DNA from: the human T2T-CHM13v2.0 reference genome, Homo sapiens
NCBI RefSeq assembly: GCF_009914755.1
Contig: NC_060929.1
Direction: 5' to 3' (one strand)
DNA length: 64,000 bases
Every line of letters begins with the position of its first letter. The stretch's first letter is position 1. The notes below the pieces were generated by a model, which had not been told where the DNA came from, made no database searches, and was given only the letters and a program-made list of their open reading frames with translations. Shown here piece by piece: positions 1-14,200 of this stretch. The position numbers and the translations under genes are program-made.

Positions 1-1007
1 CATTTGCTAGAGAGATTTGCATGGCTAAAAGGGAAAAAGTCTCCTACAGCATTTTAGAAATATTTGAGGCAGCCCCTCCCATCACAGGCCCAGAGGCCTA
101 GGAGTACAGAAAGATTTCAGGGGTCAGGCCCCAGCACCACTGCCCTGTGCCACCTCAAGATGCTGTTCCCTGCATGTTGGCCCCTCTGGCTCCAGCTGAG
201 GCTCAAAGGCCCCCAGGTATTGCTTGGGCAGCTGCTTGGGAGGGTGCAGGTAGTAAGCCCTGGTGACTTTGTGACATTAAGTCTGCAGATGTGCAGAATG
301 CAAGAGCGGTAGAGGTGTGGCAGCTCCACCTAGATTTCAGAGGATATATGGGAAGCCTGGGTGCCCACGGAGAAGTCTGCCACAGGGGTAGAGTTCCTGA
401 AGAGAACATTTACTAAGGCAATGCTGAGCAGAAATGTGGGGTTGGAGCCCCCAAAGAGAGTCCCACTAGAGCACTATCTAGTGAAGTCCTGGGAGAATGG
501 CTGGTGCCTTTGAGACCCCAGAATTATGGAGCTACCATCAGTGTGTGCCTTCAGCCTGGAAAAGCCACAGACATTGAACTCCAACCCAGGAGGACAGCCA
601 CGTGTGCTGCAATGGGCAAAACATGGGGGCAGGGCTCCCAGAGGCCACAGGAGTCCACCCCTTGCTTCGAGTGTGCTTCAGACAGGGGAGATGGAGTCAA
701 GGGAGATTATTTTGGAGCTTTAAGATTTAATGTCTAACCTGTTACCCCTTTCTTTTGGCTGATTTCTCTCCTTTGGAATGGGAATGTTTACCTAATACCC
801 ATGCAGCTATTCTGTCTTGGAAATAAATAACTTGTTTTTGATTTTACAGGCTCACAAGCTGTAAGAAACTTGCCTTAAGTCTCAGATGAGACTTTGGACT
901 TTTGAATTGATGCTGGAACAAGTTAAGGCTTTTGGGGACTATTGGGATGAAATGATTGTATTTTGCAGTGTAAGAAGGACATGAGATTTGAGAAGCCAGA
1001 GGTGGAA
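1..1007 (+). mobile_element. MaLR (MST-type) internal sequence, 3' part
   Basis: Typical MaLR-int motifs (gaggcagcccctcccatcacaggcccagaggcctagga; tcagatgagactttggacttt; aaggacatgagatttg) ending in a purine tract before the LTR TG. Confidence 0.85.
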
Positions 1008-1211
1008 TGCTGTAGTTTGTATATGTTTGTCTCCCAAAACTCATGATTTTTTTTGATAGAAACAATAAGATACTTTTATCTTCAAAGTACTTGATAAATT
1101 CACAGAAGAAAATAGTTTCTATATCCACCCATTACAGATTAAGAACAAAAGAGATTGGGAAAAGATCTGTTTAACATTTCTCTATATGATTGGGAAAATA
1201 TCTAGCTTAAC

Positions 1212-1650
1212 TTCTTTTTAAAAAATTTTTTTAAAATTTAAAATTTCTAATTTTTAAATTTTTAAATTATATTTTAAATTCTGGGGTACACGTGCAGAAC
1301 GTGCAGTTTTGTTACATAGGTATACACGTGCCCTGGTGGTTTGCTGTATCCATCAACCCATCACCTACATTAGGTATTTCTGCTAATGCTGTCCCACCCC
1401 TAGCCCCCCACCCCCTGACAGGCCCTGGTGTGTGATGTTCCCCTCCCTATGTCCATATATTCTCATTGTTCAACTCCCACTTTTGAGTGAGAACATGTGG
1501 TGTTTGGTTTTCTGTTCCTGTGATAGTTTGCTGAGAATAATGGTTTCCAGCTTCATCCATGTCCCTGCAAAGGACACGAACTCATCTTTTTTATGGCTGC
1601 ATAGTATTCCATGGTGGATATGTGCCACATTTTATTTATCCAGTCTATCA
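1212..1650 (-). mobile_element. 5'-truncated L1PA 3' end
   Basis: L1PA 3'UTR in reverse (ggggtacacgtgcagaacgtgcag...gtgtgatgttcccctccc...ggctgcatagtattccatgg) with an A/T-rich tail. Confidence 0.9.
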
Positions 1651-2007
1651 TTAAATTCAATCTCCAATCTTAGAAGTGGAGTCTAGTGGGAAGTGTTTGG
1701 ACTTGGGGACAGATCCCTCATGAATGTCTTGGTGCCATCCTCAGAGCAATGAGTGAGTTCTCACTTTGTAAGTTCCCTTGAGAGCTGGTTGTTTAAAAGA
1801 GTCTGGCACCTCCTTCCTTTCTTTCTTGCCCTTGCCATGGTGCCTCCTCTCCAGGGAACATCTCTCTCTGCACACACCAGCTTCCTTCCACTGCAGCCAT
1901 GCATGGAAGCAGCCTTAGGCCCTCACTAGATGCAGATGCTGGCACCATGCTTCTTGTACAGTTTGCAGAACTATAAGCCAATAAACCTCTTTTCTTTATA
2001 AATTATC

Positions 2008-2292
2008 CAGCCATGTAGAGGCTTGTGCTTGTAATCATAGATACATGGGAGGCTGAGGTGGGAGGATTGCTTGAGCTCAGGAGTTCGAGACTAGCCTGGA
2101 CAACATAGCAAGATCCCTCATCTCTAAAAAAAAATTAGCCAGCTGCAGTGGTGTGTGACTATAACCCCAGTTACTGGGGAGGCTGAGGCAGGAGGGTCTC
2201 TTGGGCCCAGGAGTTTGCAGCTACAGCAAGCTATGATCATGCCACCATACTCCAGTCTGGGGGACAGAATGAGATCCCGTCTCTTAAAAAAA
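2008..2292 (+). mobile_element. AluJ
   Basis: Dimeric Alu with J-type ggaggattgcttgag; diverged; aaatta(t/c)c on both flanks. Confidence 0.85.
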
Positions 2293-2689
2293 TTACCCAG
2301 CCTCAGGTATTTCTTTATAGCAACACTATATGGACCAAGACAGTGGGGGTTAAAGTGGGACTCAGGGAAAGAGTGAGGGACAGTGATTGGGTGAAACTCA
2401 ATTGGGTGAAACTCAGATAAGTATTTAAAAGTGAAGTGAAGGTGAGGTTAAGGATGAAGTCAAGGTCAGAAATGGGGTGAGAGTTAGGAATGGGATAAAG
2501 GTTAGGAAAGGTGTGAGGGCCAGAAATTGTGTAAGGGTCAGGAATAAAGTGAGAGGCAGGGAAGAGTCATATTACTTATATATCAATGGCATCTTATCAT
2601 TCTGCACATCAAAAGGTTCACAGCATCTACACAGTTTTGTCAAGTTATGAATCATTCTTAGTTGGGGATGGGCTTGATATGATGCATTG

Positions 2690-3605
2690 AGATTTGTCAC
2701 CCATTTCATTCCCTTCTGTGTTCCTCTTACATCACAGTGTTTGGGAAGGCTAAAAATGAAACTCTTCAGATTCCCTTGCTATTAGGGTACTCGATGCATC
2801 TTACTTCCTCTTGAGACATTTGGAAAGCAGAAAGGGAGGAAGACCTTTATCCTTGTGGCAGTGGCAGCTGATGTGGGCATGAGTTTTTGAAGGACCCACA
2901 GTCATGATTTACAATTCAGCCACCATCTTGGAGAGGAAGGGACAGCTGTGACATTGGCAGTAAGGCTGGATGTTGTGGAAGTAGGTTCCTCATCTTGAAA
3001 TTGCAGACATGGTGGTGTGACCTTGAGGTCAAAAGTCTAGCTGAGATCTCCAATTCTGCTCCTCCAGTCTTTCCAATCATTTTTTTAAAAAGCTGTAGTG
3101 TAAATAGTACATTTTAAACGGTATAATCACCCTATAACTTTTATTTCTGTTTTTTAAAAATAGTGTGCACCTATAATTATAATTAAGTTAATTTAGTGCA
3201 GACTGGGAAATATAACAAAAATTAAGCACATTCTCTGGGACTGGTATAATATTAACTCTGGAAATTTGGCACCCATCCCCACCTGCTAGAATTTGCTGGC
3301 ATGGAAACACATTCCTACTCCTGGCACAGTGCCTAATGCAAAACAGGAGCTCAGTTCATGAGCACTGAACAGATAAATACCAGTAGAAGTAATAAACAGA
3401 AGTTTTATACCAAAATAATGTATAAAAATGAGCTTTAAGAAAAATAGGAGTCATGTAAGGAAGTTTGGGAGGGGTATAAAGGGAGTTTAATATTTTAATA
3501 CAAAGCAACTTCCAATTATTTTTAAGCATCTAAATCTTTGTATTAAGGCCCTTCCTGTTTGAAATAACTATGGTGGTTTCCATTTTCTACAATCTTGAAC
3601 GACAC
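2690..3605 (+). mobile_element. Old ERVL LTR (LTR33/LTR16-like) remnant, interrupted
   Basis: cagattcccttgc near the 5' side and ttaaggcccttcctgtttgaaataactatggtggtttcc...gacaca at the 3' end; highly diverged. Confidence 0.45.
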
Positions 3606-4742
3606 AGAGGACAGACAACTAATCTGAAGTAAGGAACGACAGAAAGGCTGACAAATTTACTAGGTTTTATAACTTCAATTTTTCAATGCTTGATTATCCC
3701 ACAAGAGGGCTGATCCACGGCATTGCAACAGCATTGGCTACTGATTTGAAAACTCTTTGATACCTGCATGGGTAGAATATGGAGGACCCCATAAACATTG
3801 TTTCCCATTCAGGGTGGGGTGGAGGAGAAATTTGATTTTAGAATCTCTGGACCCCTAGGCTTTTTTTTTTTTTTTTCACACTGGGGGTGAGATGGGGATC
3901 TTAGAAAAGAATCACGAGATCAATTTGCACATTCCTTCATGGAAACCAGATAAATGTAGTCTGACTTTATAACAGAGCAAGCATGTCAGGGTGAGGTAGG
4001 GACTGAACAGGAAAAAAAGTTAATATTGAGTTAATGTTGATGCCCTTGTAGGTGTGAAGAGGGATTCCAGGAGAATATTTTGTTTTGTTTCTTTTTGTTG
4101 TTTCTCAATAGTTTGCTATTCATTGAAGGTGTTTTATAAATGCTAAGCCTAAAGACTCCATAACAAAAAAGCAATGGGATGATTTATACTTGACTTGAAG
4201 GAGTATCTATATTTGTTTTTAATATTTTTTAACCACATGGTTAAAAATACTAGTCCTTAGTTGCATCTCTTGCACCCTCAGCCCCATTCCCTAAGGAAAG
4301 TTCTAACTCATTTAATTTTTTGGAATGTTTGTGAATTAGGTTAGTGATCAGCTGCAGGTGACCTCATATGAACGTTAACAAGCTATACGCTATCCTATCT
4401 GTGGGTGCTTTGCCAGTGTTTATCTTCAGTTTCCCTAATGTTTGATGTCAGCAGAAATAGACATTTTCTTAGCATTCTGCTAATAGATTGTCAGTCAACC
4501 TTCCTTTATTTTGAGAGTAACAGGCACAAAATCAGGAATGGGGAAACAATTTAATACCCTCTCAATGAATTTAGCCCAAGTGGAAGTGGGAAACTTGATT
4601 TTGTTGATTTAGGGTAACACGATTTTCTCAGAATTCTGTGACACAGTTATTCCAGGATTTAAATCCCACCAGTTAATGATTATGTCCCTTCCCTATTATC
4701 TCCTTCCCTTCTTGGAAGGCTAAGCCTTCTTTGCGTGGCAGC

Positions 4743-4842
4743 ATGGCAGAGGGATGTGCTGTGTACGGAACCTGGCCCTGGGGAGGGATGTTCCAGCTGT
4801 TCCGGCCTTCTGCCCTTGCTGGCCTCTGCTCCATAGGACTGG
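4743..4842 (+). CDS. NPR3: Candidate distal alternative first coding exon of NPR3 (MAEGCAVYGTWPWGGMFQLFRPSALAGLCSIGL)
   Basis: Strong Kozak agcATGG, 33 codons + G, donor TGG|gtaggc; phase 1 matches exon 2; in a non-repetitive, GC-richer patch. Partly supported by an unverified recollection of a far-upstream NPR3 transcript start. Confidence 0.55.
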
Positions 4843-6299
4843 GTAGGCCTGGTCTTGTTCTTTACCTCCCTGCATCCCCTGCATCTTTACCTACTCTCTG
4901 GATCCCAGGGTTGTCTCAGACATACAGTCCTTGTTCAGCCATTGCCAGCATCTGCCTGTCATTCTGTGAGGCTTCTGCTGGTCTTCCAGCCCTTCCAGCT
5001 GTTTCTGCTTCTCTCCTGGGGGCATAGAACACATTCAGTGGCACCTGCATCTCACAGGTGATGGGCAGGCCTCGGCAAGGCTCCCTCATGGCCATCTGCC
5101 TGTGCACCTCCCGTGGCCATGGCTGCTCTGCTCCTCAGGTACCAGTTTGGATGGGAGAGTTCTTTCTGAGTGTGCAGTCTCTCTGAATATAACCGGGAAG
5201 CTAGGCAGTGACTCTCCTGATCTTTGGGTTTTCCCAAACCTACATGCGGTTTTAGTACGGGCTACCCGCTGACCCCAGGACTCAGAGCCAGGAAGCATCT
5301 ATGCACCACTTATACCCCCTCCGGATCTCTCTGGTAAAATTTTTTATCCTCTTTTGGATACTCCTACATCTTCAGCATTATTTTCCCAATTTATTTATGG
5401 ATAGACCCCTGCCTTCCAGCATTTTTCCTTAATATGTAAAGCTGATATTTTAGAATAAAAATAAATTTTCTCTTTTGGGATCCTGGTGTTTGTAAATCAA
5501 AAGCATTTTGGTTTTTAGACTATTGACTCTGCTACAGATCTACAAATACCTGCTTAGATTCTCAAAAGTAAAAAACAAGACTGTTCTCTTGGTATTAGCT
5601 CTGTTTAGAGCAGAAAACTGTTGCCGCTGTCTGAGTGGTAGGAAACCACCTGGACCATTCTGAAGAGTAGAGCTTAATAGAAAAAAATTATTTTGCTACA
5701 TGAGATGACTCATTTTACTTTTGGGTATCATCCTTTTAGAAAATCATGTTGATAGAAAATAAGAATTAGAATTATTTTAATGCCTTTCTGGGGGCGGGTG
5801 ATGAGTGGAAAGCTTTTGTCATCCTTTTTCTATTTCCTTATCCCTCCTTCCTGCCCTCTCCCCCTCCCTCCCTTAGTTTCAAGAGAGGCTAATCAGAATA
5901 GTTTTTAAGCAGAGCAGATCGTTTCCCTGAATAAAACAGAGTTCTGTTAATTAAGGACCAAGGGGAGAATGGATGTTGGATGGGCCACTAGGTGTCTCTG
6001 CTGCAGATGGCTTCCATGGCTCAGAAGCCCAGCTCAGTGGATGTCCTCCAGCTCCAAAAGCTGACAAAAGCTCAAAGCCCCATTGCTTGTATTTTGTCTG
6101 TGCTTTGAGCTTCTCTCCAGTCTCCCTGTGCGGACATCATCCTAGAACCATTACCTTAGTTCTCCCTCCATGTACCATGGGCTGGCTCAAGCCAGAGGAG
6201 CCAGATGTTTTTCCGGGCTTGTCCTTGGTTTCAGTTATTGGCTTGGAAGTCATACCTTTTCCTAGGGAACTCTTAGTGAAACTCACCAACTGTCCTTGA

Positions 6300-6829
6300 G
6301 CATGGTAGAATTGTTATTTTGATGGCTCCCTGTAAATCATGTTCCTGGTACTCACACCCTTGTGTAGTGTCTTCCCATATTGGCTGTGGTCTAGGCCATA
6401 TGACATGCTGTGGCAAAGGGACATCAGCAAATGTCATGCCAAAGGGTTGATGAGCACTTGTGCACTGAGGCTTGTCTTCTTGGAACACTGTACACCACTA
6501 TTTAAGAAATGCAGTCTACCCTGTTGGAGAAGCCGCATGGATGAGAACTGAGATGTTCCAGCTGACCACCCCGGGTATTCTCCAGACATGTGAGTGTGGC
6601 TCTCTTGGACCTTCTTGCTCCAGATAAACTGCCAGATGAGCAGATATTTTAATTCCTTTTTGATAGGCAGTGAGACAGCTCACTGTAACCATGCGAGCTC
6701 TCTTAGAGGAGACACTAGAAGAGCTGCCCATCTGAAGTTACCTGCAGAATTCTAAGTAAATAAATGGTTGCTGTTTTAAGATACTAAGTTTTGGGGTGGT
6801 TTGCTATGCAGAAATAGAAAACTGAGACA
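6300..6829 (+). mobile_element. MLT1-family MaLR LTR
   Basis: Characteristic 3' end aataaatggttgctgttttaagatactaagttttggggtggtttgctatgcag...gagaca. Confidence 0.75.
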
Positions 6830-8481
6830 TCCTGGATATTGTTCAGAGAAGTTATGGCTTGGGTAAGTGTTATGTGTTGTTCATACCCCTATCTGCAAAG
6901 TTGCGGTTTTAGCGAGCACTTGTTTACTTGTTTTTGGACATTAAGCGAGTACTTGTTTTTGGACACTATGCATCAATTTCTTCTACTTTTGGCACAATAC
7001 TGGGATTTTACTTAGGGAAATCAATTATTCAATGTATCACATGCAGTTCCTTTGGCCACAGTGTTTGGACCAGAAGAGGTGGGTGACCTAATTGAGGACA
7101 ATTAAAGATCAGATCCAAAACTTATGTTCAAACTCTCGCTTCATCCAGAAGACAGACTCTGAAGTTAGGAAAGATCTCAGGAAACTGGTTCAGCTTTTCT
7201 CTTTGGGAATGAAGACACACCTGAAAGGCGTTAGAAACATATTGAATTTGTACTGAAGGAATCCTCCTTGTAGAGCTGATGAGAATGTTAGCTGATGCTG
7301 CCATTTTGCAGAGTAATCTGGCTGTACTAAGTAAAATAAAACACATATACCTTTGAGCTAGAAACATGTATCCCAGGAAAATGCTCACGTAAGTCTAAAA
7401 GGGGACACCGATGAAGAGCTTCATCAGAGCAGTTTCTACTAACAGGGAAATAGCATAGGTGTCAAAAGCGAGGAGAAGGAATAAGTAAAACATGTTAGCA
7501 TGTTATGCAGCATGCAAAAGTAATGATGTAGATTTTACACTTACTATTGTTAAGATCTGTCCATGCTATTCTCTGCAAAAATAAGAAATAGCACAATACA
7601 ATTTCTATATTGGAATAATACATGAATGCACAAGAAAGACTCTTTTTCAGGAAATCAGATCTATTTACAGCATATATTAAACACATTAAGAAGAATCCTA
7701 TGGAATGAAAGGAATGTGAAGAGAGCAACGAAGGGGCAAAGTAAAATAAGACAAGAACCTTGCAGATTGGAAATGAGAGTGTGCCAAGAATTGAGGATAT
7801 AGCTAATTAAACATTTTTACTTGAGGTTAAAAAAGAACCCGAAGTGATTCACTAGTACATGAATGATTTGCAAATGAAGAAAATGTGTACACTTATATAT
7901 ACTTAGACATGAGAAATTACCCAAGAAGAAAGGCATTTCCATGTCATAACTCAAGACAACCAAGAGCCTGCCAAACAACAGGATTCAGGTTAAAATAGCT
8001 CTTACTATTTCTCCCAGGAAGTTAATTCATAAAGGAACAATAATAAAAAGGCTGACAAGAGAATATTTTTGTAGGATAGATGAGGCACAAAGACGAATAT
8101 TTAAAGTGAAAGGAGTTACCAACAACTGAATAGGAACAATGTCAGCTTGATGAAATAAACTTCTCCACTAATGTGAGGGCAGAATTTGATGTTACAATAT
8201 GATTACCAAAAATATGAGAGGGCAAATGTCAAGAATTTTCCTGATGTTTTTCTTATGGCATTCTATTCTATTTTAGTCTCATGCATCAGTTATCCAAGAT
8301 GTAATACCAACTGGAATGTACTTGCTGGAAAGAAATAAAAAATTGTATCTCACAACATTGCACATCATGGTAATAGAAAATTTCCTCATTACCTTAAATT
8401 TCTGTTCCTAGCATAATAAAAGGGAACACACTGATTCTTCTTTAGGCTATTGCATTTTTCTCATTAGCAAGGAAATAATCA

Positions 8482-8827
<346 letters not shown>

Positions 8828-10819
8828 CTAACATGACTGTATCGGAATGTTCTGAAAATTATGATTTTAGAAATACATACAAATAAATTTGTATATAAAT
8901 GAGCTAATTTCACTTTGAATTATCTCTTTTTTCCTTTTATTGTTTCGTTCTTTCTCTTGTGAATTCTGTTTCTTTAACTTCTTTAAATTCTTATAAATTC
9001 TGTAAACTTTGCATTCTTTGGATTTATCATTGGTAAAATAAAATTTTAAGTGATCACATATTGTTCTTCAGGGAGGGAATGCAGGATTGAAGAAAAAACT
9101 CCCTTACGGAGTTTACATTTTAATGGCTTAATGCTGACTAATTTAGAATAGAAAATGTTCAATATTGTGATGTAATATGATCAGAAAAATGATTTTTATA
9201 AGGTGTTTTTGAAATTTGGTATATTTTTGTCCTGATAATGTTACTTTTGAACATAGCATATTTGCCTGCTGTAACACGATTGGCTATCACACAGATTTAA
9301 ATATAACTTGGGCCACATCACATCCTCAAACAAAAGGAATGAATGTCTGATCCAAAAGGTTCAAGCCATAGAGCACCATAGTCCTTGACATACTGTAGAT
9401 GTTTCAAAGGTTTCTTGAGTTTAATAAGAGCATTAAGCCCTGGGCCGGACATTTTTATAAGCTGAGTATTGAGTACATTAGTACATTCTACTCTTCTCTC
9501 ATTATTTATAACACCCATGATCCAAAAGTTACATACACTCCCCGCAATGCAATCCTCTCTGTGCCTTCATACAATCTGCTTCCGGCTCTCCTTCGTCCTC
9601 AAAGTCCTGCCCCTTGCATAGCCACTTTTATTTTCACCCTTTCTTTTCTCGTTGCCTCTGATGGCTTCCTGTCTTCTCTTGCTCCTTCTAGTTCTCTCCA
9701 GCTGGAGGCAGCCTGAGTTTCTGGAGGATACTGAAAGCTGTTAAGGGCACTTGTGGGGTAGCAAACATGAGTCCTACTCTCTTTGTCCCATTATGTAAGA
9801 GAAAGAATATTGAACAAGTGCTGGTCTCAAGCTTACTTGGAAATATCTGAAGTTGGGATACCAGGGCCAATATCAAGGTGACTACTAAAAGGGTTCCCCC
9901 AGGGAAGCCACTGTTAACAAGCAAACATTATACAGTAAGGTCTGTTGTAATCAGGCAGTAGATAATTCCAAACAAATTACAACATAACAATATTGTCTAG
10001 AGTTTTAGATTCATTTGTTGATTCCATAAGCATTTATTGAACACTTACTTGGTGTAAAACTTTTTACCAGGCATTGAAGGGAATGTAATAAAAAGAGCTG
10101 CCATTTATTAATTTTCTACTGTATACTAAGCACTTTGCATCTGCTTTTTCTCAACCTTATTGCTACACCAGGATGATATCTGCGTTTTATTTATTTTTAT
10201 TATTTGTCTAATTTTTAATTTTTGTAGGTACAGAGTAGGTATATATGTTTATGGGGTATGTGAAATATTTTGATACAGGCATACAATGCATAATAATCAC
10301 ATCGGGTGAATGGGATATCCATAACCTCAAGCATTTATCCCTTTGTTTTATTACACACAATCCAATTATACTGTTTTAGTTATTTTAAAATGTACAACAA
10401 ATTATTGTTGACTGTAGCCACCCTGTGGTGCTATAAAATACTAGATCTTATTCATTTTATCTAAGTATATTTTTTACCCCATTAACCATCCTTATGTTCT
10501 CCCTCCCCCACCCTGTCCTTCCCAGTCTCTGGTAATCGTCATTCTATTCTCTGTCTCCATGAGTTCAATTATTTTAATTTTTAGCTCCAACAAATAAGTG
10601 AGAATATATTAAGTTTGTCTTTCCGTGCCTGGCTTAGTTCATTTAACATAATGGCTTCCAGTTCCATCCATGTTGTTGCACATGACAGGATCTCATTCTT
10701 TATTATGGCTGAATAGTAATCCACTGTGCATATTAACTACATTTTCTTTATCCATTAGTCTGTTGATGGACACTTGGGTTACTTCTCAATCTTCGCTATT
10801 GTGAATAGTGCTGCAATAA

Positions 10820-11223
<404 letters not shown>

Positions 11224-14200
11224 CTCTATTTTTAGTTTTTGAGGAACCTCCAACCTGTTCTCCATAGTGGTTATTCTAGTTTACATTCCCACCAACAGTG
11301 TACAAGAGTTCCCTTTTCTTCACTTACTCACCAGCATTTGTTATTGCCTGGCTTTTGAATAAAAGCCATTTTAACTGTGGTGAGATGATATCTCATTGTA
11401 GTTTTGATTTGCATTTCTCTGGTGATCAATGATGTTGAGCACCTTTTCACATACTTGTTTGCCATTGATATGCCTTCTTTTGAGAAATGTCTATTCAGAT
11501 CCTCTGCCCATTTTTAAATCACATAATTAGATATTTTCCTATAGAGTTGTTTGAGCTCCTTATATATTATAATTATTAATCCCTTGTCAGATGGATAGTT
11601 TGAAAATTTTTTCTCCCATTTTACGGGCTGCCTTCACTTTGTTGGTTGTTTCCTTGGCTGTGCAGAAGCTTTTCAATTTGATGTGATCCAATTCATTCAT
11701 TTTTTGCTTTGGTTGCTTGTGCTTGTGGGGTATTACTCAAGAAATCTTTGTCCATACCAATGTCCTGGATAGTTTCCCGTGTTTTCTTGTAGCAGTTTCA
11801 TAGTTTGAGGTCTCAGATTTGATTTTTGTATATAATGAGAGATAGGGTTTTAGTTTTATTATTCTGCATATGGATATCCAGTTTTCCCAGCACCATTTAT
11901 TGAAAAGGGTGTCCTTTCCCTAATGGATGTTCTTGACCCCTTTTTCAAAAATGAGTTCACTGTAGAGGTATGGATTTGTTTCTGGGTTCTCTATTCTGTT
12001 ACATTGGTCTCTGTGTCTGTTTTTATGCTAGTACCATGCTGTTTTGGTTACTATAGCTTTACAGTATAACTTAAAGTCAGGTAATGTGATTCTTCCAGCT
12101 TTTTTTTTTTCTTTTTGCTTAGGATAGCTTTGGCTATTCCGAGTCTTTTGTGGTTCCATATAAACTTTAGAATTGTTTTTTCTAGTTCTGTGAAGAATGT
12201 CATTGGTATTTTGATAGAGATTACATTGAATATGTAGATGGTTTTTGATAGTATGGACATTTAAGAATATTGATTCTTCCAATCCATGAACATGGAATAT
12301 CTTTCCATTTGTTGTGTCATCTTCAATTTCTTTCATCAGCGTTTCATAGTTTTCATTGAAGAGATCTTTCACTTCTTTGGTTAATTCCTAGGTATTTTAT
12401 TTTATTTTTAGCTGTTGAAAGCGGGATTACTCTCTTGATTTCTTTTTAAGATTATTCACTGTTGGCATATAGAAATACTACTGATTTTTGTATGTTGATT
12501 TTGTATCTTGTAACTTTACTGAATTTATCAGTTACAATACCTTTTGTGGAGTCTTTACATTTTTCCAAATATAAGATCATATCATCTGCAAACAAGAATA
12601 ATTTGACTTCTTCCATTCCAGTTTAGATGCCCTTTATTTCTTTCTCTTGTCTCCTCTGGCTAAGACTTCCAGTACTATGTTTAATAACAGTGGTGACAGT
12701 GTCATGTTCCATATCTTAGAGGAAAGGCTTTCAGGTTTTCCCTATTCAGCATGATACTAGCTGTGGGTTTGTCATATATGGTTTTTATTGTGTTGACATA
12801 TGTTCCTTCTATACTCAGATTTTTGAGGGCTTTTTAAATTGTGAAGGGATGTTGAATTATATTCAATGCTTTTTCAGCATCAATTGAAATGATCATATGG
12901 TTTTTGTCCTTCATTCTGTTGATGTGATGTATTACACTGATTGATTTGCTTATGTTGAACCTTCCTTGTTTCCCTGGAATGAATCCTACTTGGTCACAAT
13001 AAATGATCCTTTTAATGTGTTATTGAATTTGGTTTGCTATTCTTATATTGAGGATTTCTGCACCAATGTTCGTCAGAGATATTGGCCTGTAGTTTTCTTT
13101 CTTTTTTTTTTTTGATATGTCTTTTTCTGGTTTTGGTGTCAGGGTTAACACTGGCTGCATAGAGTGAGTTTGGATGTATTCTTTCCTTCTCGATTTTTCA
13201 GAGTAGTTTGAGTAGAATTGGTATTAGTTCTTCTTTAAATGTTTGGTAAAATCCAGCAGTGAAACCATTTGGTTCTGGGCTTTTCTCTGCTGAGAGACTT
13301 TTTATTATGGCTTCAACCTTGTTACTTGTTATTGGTCTGTTCAGGTTTTGGATTTCTTCATGGTTCAATCTTGGTAGATTGTATGTGTCTAGGAATTTAT
13401 CCATTTCTTCTAGATTTTCCAATTTATTGGCATATGGCTGCTTATAGTAGCCTCTAATGATCCTTTGAATTTCTGTGGTATTGATTGTAATGTCTCCTTT
13501 TTCATCTCTGATTTTATTTATTCAGGTATTCTCTTTTATTTTTAGTCTTGCTAAAGGTTTGTCGATTTTCTTTATTTTTTCAAAACACCAACTTTTCATT
13601 TTGTTCATCTTTTGTATTGTTTTCTTTGTTTCTGTTTCATTTATTTCTGCTCTGATCTTTATTATTTCTTTTCTTCTACCAATTTTGGGTTTGATTTTCT
13701 CTTCCTTTTCTAGTTCTTTAAGATACATCATTAGGTTGTTTAATTGAAGTTTTTCTACTTTTTTTTGATGTAGGTGCTTATAGCTATAGACTTTCCTCTT
13801 AGTACTGCTTTCACTGTATCCCATGGGTTTTGGTATGTTGTGTTCCATTATCCTTTGTTTCAAGAGATTTAAAAATTTCCTTCTTAATTTCTTCATTAAC
13901 CCACAGGTCATTAAGGAGCATATTGTTTAATTTTCATGTGTTTATATAGTTTTCAAATTCCCCTTATTTTTTATTTCAAGTTTTATTCCATTGTGGTCAG
14001 AGAAGATGCTTGATATAATTTCATTTTTTTTTTGAATTTTTAAAGACTTGTTTCGTGGCTTAACATATGGTCTTTTCTGTGCTGAGGAGAAGAATGAGTA
14101 TTCTGCAGCCATTGGATGAAATGATCTGTAAATATCTATTAGGTCCATTTGGTCTATAATGCAGGTTAAGTTCAATGTTTCTTTGTCAATATTCTGTCTG

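Larger units (their letters stand above)
1008..2342 (+). mobile_element. MST-family MaLR 3' LTR, interrupted by an L1-containing insert (1047-1650) and an AluJ (2008-2292)
   Basis: Starts tgctgtagtttg...caaaactcatg, resumes near 1651, contains aataaacctcttttctttataaatta and ends ggaccaagaca. Confidence 0.85.

Noticed and set aside
3640-4700. Possible CR1/L3 remnants
   Set aside because: Similarity is too faint to support by eye; needs a Dfam HMM search.
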